Below the pieces are notes generated by a model. It was not told where the DNA came from. It searched no databases and saw nothing but the letters and a program-made list of their open reading frames with translations. The translations under genes were made by a program, and so were the position numbers. This document shows, piece after piece, positions 29,704 to 32,000 of a stretch of 32,000 nt of DNA (its first letter is position 1; each line of letters opens with the position of its first letter). The stretch spans positions 1,056,629 to 1,088,628 of the forward strand of contig NC_000909.1 in NCBI RefSeq assembly GCF_000091665.1, in the 5' to 3' direction. Source of the stretch: Methanocaldococcus jannaschii DSM 2661 (GTDB lineage: Archaea > AGJL01 > Methanococci > Methanococcales > Methanocaldococcaceae).

Positions 29704-29769
29704 AGATTCACCATTTGAAATTTTTGTAGGATTAATAATAATTACTTTGGCAATATATATTTTTATAAT

Positions 29770-31158
29770 TTGTTTATTTTAATAATAAAATGTGGGATTA
29801 TGGAAAAGGAGGTTATAAGCAGTAGGGAGTTTATTGATAGATTTGTTGAATGTTTGGAGAAGGGAGAGGATTTTAAGTTAAAGGATTGTGTTGTTGAGGG
29901 GAATGTTGATATTTTGAATATTTATGAAATGATTAAGGATAAAGAACTAAAAGGAGGTTATATTGAAAAAAAAGATGATGAAATTGTTGTGAATATAAAT
30001 ATAAAAGTTGATATTTATAATGTTGAATTTAATGGTGATTTTAGATTTTTTGTAAATATGGAATATCAAATTGTGATATCCGTTTTTAATGGAAATGCTT
30101 ATTTTAGAGTCATAACTTTTAAAGGAAGTGTTTATTTTATAAGAACAATTTTTAATGGAGATGTTGATTTTATAGACACAATTTTTGAAGAAAATGCTTA
30201 TTTTAGTGTCACCGCTTTTAAAGGGAATATTATTAATTTTAGTGGCACAATTTTTAATAAAGAATCTCATTTTAAAAGTACAACTTTTGAAGGAAATACT
30301 TATTTTAGTGTCACAACTTTTAATATAGCAGAATTTTATAATTCAACATTTAAATCTCATGTATATTTTGATGATATATCATTTAATTTGTTGTCTTTTA
30401 CTGATTGTAGATTTAGAGATGATGTATCATTTAAAAAAATAGATAAAGAAAATTTTAAAGGTTTAGCAATATTCCTTAAAACTCAATTTCTAAACAAACA
30501 CACAACGATAGAAAACTTCCAATTATCAAAAACATCATTTTTAAAAACAGATGTTAGAGAAGTGCTATTATGTGATGTTAAAAAAGAAGAAATTTTAAGT
30601 CATAAAATTTTAAGAATAAAAGAAGATAGTGGTAATAAAGATAAAGATTTAGAAAATAAACTAAAAGAATTATTAGGTTTGAGTTATAAGTATATTATAG
30701 ACCAATTCAATTATAAATCAGTCCTTGCAGAATACAGAAATCTAAGAATATCCATTGAGAATAACAGAACCTACATTGAAGCATCCAACCTATACAAAAT
30801 GGAAATGGAATTAATAAAAGAGTTTTCCAATGGCAGATTTGAAAAATTCATCATTGGGGCTTATGGAGCAATATCTGACTATGGAGAATCAATGGAAAAA
30901 ACAGGTAAATGGATATTAGGCAGTATGATATTATTTACAATTTTAGCATCAATTTTAAGATTTAAAGGAATGGAATGGGATATTTTTAAAATAATAGAAT
31001 TTTGGTGGATTTCATTTTGGGAAGTTATAAGGTTATTTTTACAGATAGGAACGGAAGATAAATCATTATGGATATTAGAGCCAATTATAAGGGTTACATC
31101 TCTAATTTTATTGGGTAATCTCTATATAGCTGTTAGAAGAAAATTAAGTAGAAAATAA
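29770..31158 (+). CDS. Pentapeptide-repeat-like beta-helix protein with C-terminal two-TM channel-like segment
   Basis: Tandem F..s.Y/F...tF.g units (aa ~90-210); C-terminal TM segments around [15 protein letters not shown] and [25 protein letters not shown]. Likely start at MEKEVIS (about 29800). Confidence 0.7.
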   Translation: MFILIIKCGIMEKEVISSREFIDRFVECLEKGEDFKLKDCVVEGNVDILNIYEMIKDKELKGGYIEKKDDEIVVNINIKVDIYNVEFNGDFRFFVNMEYQIVISVFNGNAYFRVITFKGSVYFIRTIFNGDVDFIDTIFEENAYFSVTAFKGNIINFSGTIFNKESHFKSTTFEGNTYFSVTTFNIAEFYNSTFKSHVYFDDISFNLLSFTDCRFRDDVSFKKIDKENFKGLAIFLKTQFLNKHTTIENFQLSKTSFLKTDVREVLLCDVKKEEILSHKILRIKEDSGNKDKDLENKLKELLGLSYKYIIDQFNYKSVLAEYRNLRISIENNRTYIEASNLYKMEMELIKEFSNGRFEKFIIGAYGAISDYGESMEKTGKWILGSMILFTILASILRFKGMEWDIFKIIEFWWISFWEVIRLFLQIGTEDKSLWILEPIIRVTSLILLGNLYIAVRRKLSRK

Positions 31159-31159
31159 A

Positions 31160-31486
31160 TTAATCATACTCTCTCCATGTATGACCGCATTTCTTACACT
31201 TATAGAATCTTGTTTCTGGTTCATCAGCACATCTTGTTTGTTGTAGCCACCAGTAAGCTTCATTATGCCCACATTTTGGACATTCGATTCTTGTTGTTGG
31301 TAATGTCTCTAATCCCTCACTTTCAATAACAGTAATTTTTTCTTTCTTGTTCTCTAAGTGTTCCTTGTATTCATACTCCTTACTTCCTTCAGCTGTTGTT
31401 TCTTCTTCATAACCACAGACAGCACATTTTAACTTTCCATCCTTTGGTAGCATTAGGTTGTTACATTTTGGACAAAACTTAACCAT
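31160..31486 (-). CDS. tfs: Transcription factor S / RpoM-like (TFIIS-related)
   Basis: MVKFCPKCNNLMLPKDGKLKCAVCGYEE zinc ribbon and CPKCGHNEAYWWLQQTRCADEPETRFYKCKKCGHTWREYD with catalytic DE hairpin. Confidence 0.95.
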   Translation of the reverse strand: MVKFCPKCNNLMLPKDGKLKCAVCGYEEETTAEGSKEYEYKEHLENKKEKITVIESEGLETLPTTRIECPKCGHNEAYWWLQQTRCADEPETRFYKCKKCGHTWREYD

Positions 31487-31988
31487 TTTTCCACCTCATG
31501 TAATCTTTAATTATTTTTTCATGGTCAAAAGCTAATTTAGGCAAATTATTTAAATCAAAGAATTCAGCCTCTTTTGCATCATCTCCTGCTTTCAACTCTC
31601 CACCTATAACATCCAATATAAAGACGATTGAGATAACGTGCCCTCTCGGGTCTCTATCTGGAGATGAATAAACTCCCAATAAGCTTTTTACCTTTGGTAT
31701 TAAACCAGTTTCTTCTTTAATCTCTCTAACAACTGCCTCTTCAACAGTTTCTCCACATTCTACAAAACCTCCTGGAAGGGCAAAACAACCTTTAAATGGA
31801 TTATTTTTTCTTTTTATTAGCAGGATTTTATTATCTTTCTCAATAATTCCATCAACTGCAACCGCTGGATGAAGATATAGCCTATATTTTTTTAAATCTC
31901 TCTTTTTTATGATTTTTTTAGAGTATCTCTTTCCAAACAAATTTAGGGCAAATATTTTTCCGCTTATACAGAAACATTTTTTAGCCAT
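31479..31988 (-). CDS. Nudix hydrolase (ADP-ribose pyrophosphatase type)
   Basis: GGFVECGETVEEAVVREIKEETGL Nudix box; overlaps the TFS gene start by 8 nt. Confidence 0.9.
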   Translation of the reverse strand: MAKKCFCISGKIFALNLFGKRYSKKIIKKRDLKKYRLYLHPAVAVDGIIEKDNKILLIKRKNNPFKGCFALPGGFVECGETVEEAVVREIKEETGLIPKVKSLLGVYSSPDRDPRGHVISIVFILDVIGGELKAGDDAKEAEFFDLNNLPKLAFDHEKIIKDYMRWKNG

Positions 31989-32000
31989 GCTCTCACTTAT

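Noticed and set aside
29947-30270. 107-aa minus-strand ORF opposite the pentapeptide-like gene
   Set aside because: Its repetitive KI..K/N pattern is the antisense shadow of the sense-strand repeats.

Overview
This AT-rich archaeal window is gene-dense and carries a protein set I recognise as very close to Methanocaldococcus jannaschii, around MJ1116-MJ1149 (assigned from memory of the proteins, not from a search). Most of it is housekeeping or biosynthetic: asparagine synthetase, cobY, dapF, a Hel308 helicase with an intein in motif V, an HflX-type GTPase, a Kae1-Bud32 fusion, a GMP synthase subunit, UbiD, ScpA, MoaC, Elp3, Rpp30, ComB, ArsA/Get3, an MscS-type channel, CbiG, archaeal GAPDH, TFS and a Nudix hydrolase. 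I found no CRISPR array, defence island, rRNA or tRNA that I can support. The best non-obvious signal is a family of about six dispersed ~93-110 bp palindromic intergenic elements (TIR-like ends plus a central GC-rich hairpin with compensatory changes), with a seventh palindrome of the same architecture abutting one copy. Several touch stop or start codons of neighbouring genes. Other items are a gene-remnant region at 9.4-10.2 kb with a DUF364-like pseudogene and a possible structured element, a VapC-like toxin gene whose C-terminus is lost by indel/frameshift, a membrane-anchored glucuronyl C5-epimerase-like protein, and a pentapeptide-like protein fused to a channel-like two-TM segment lacking a canonical selectivity filter.
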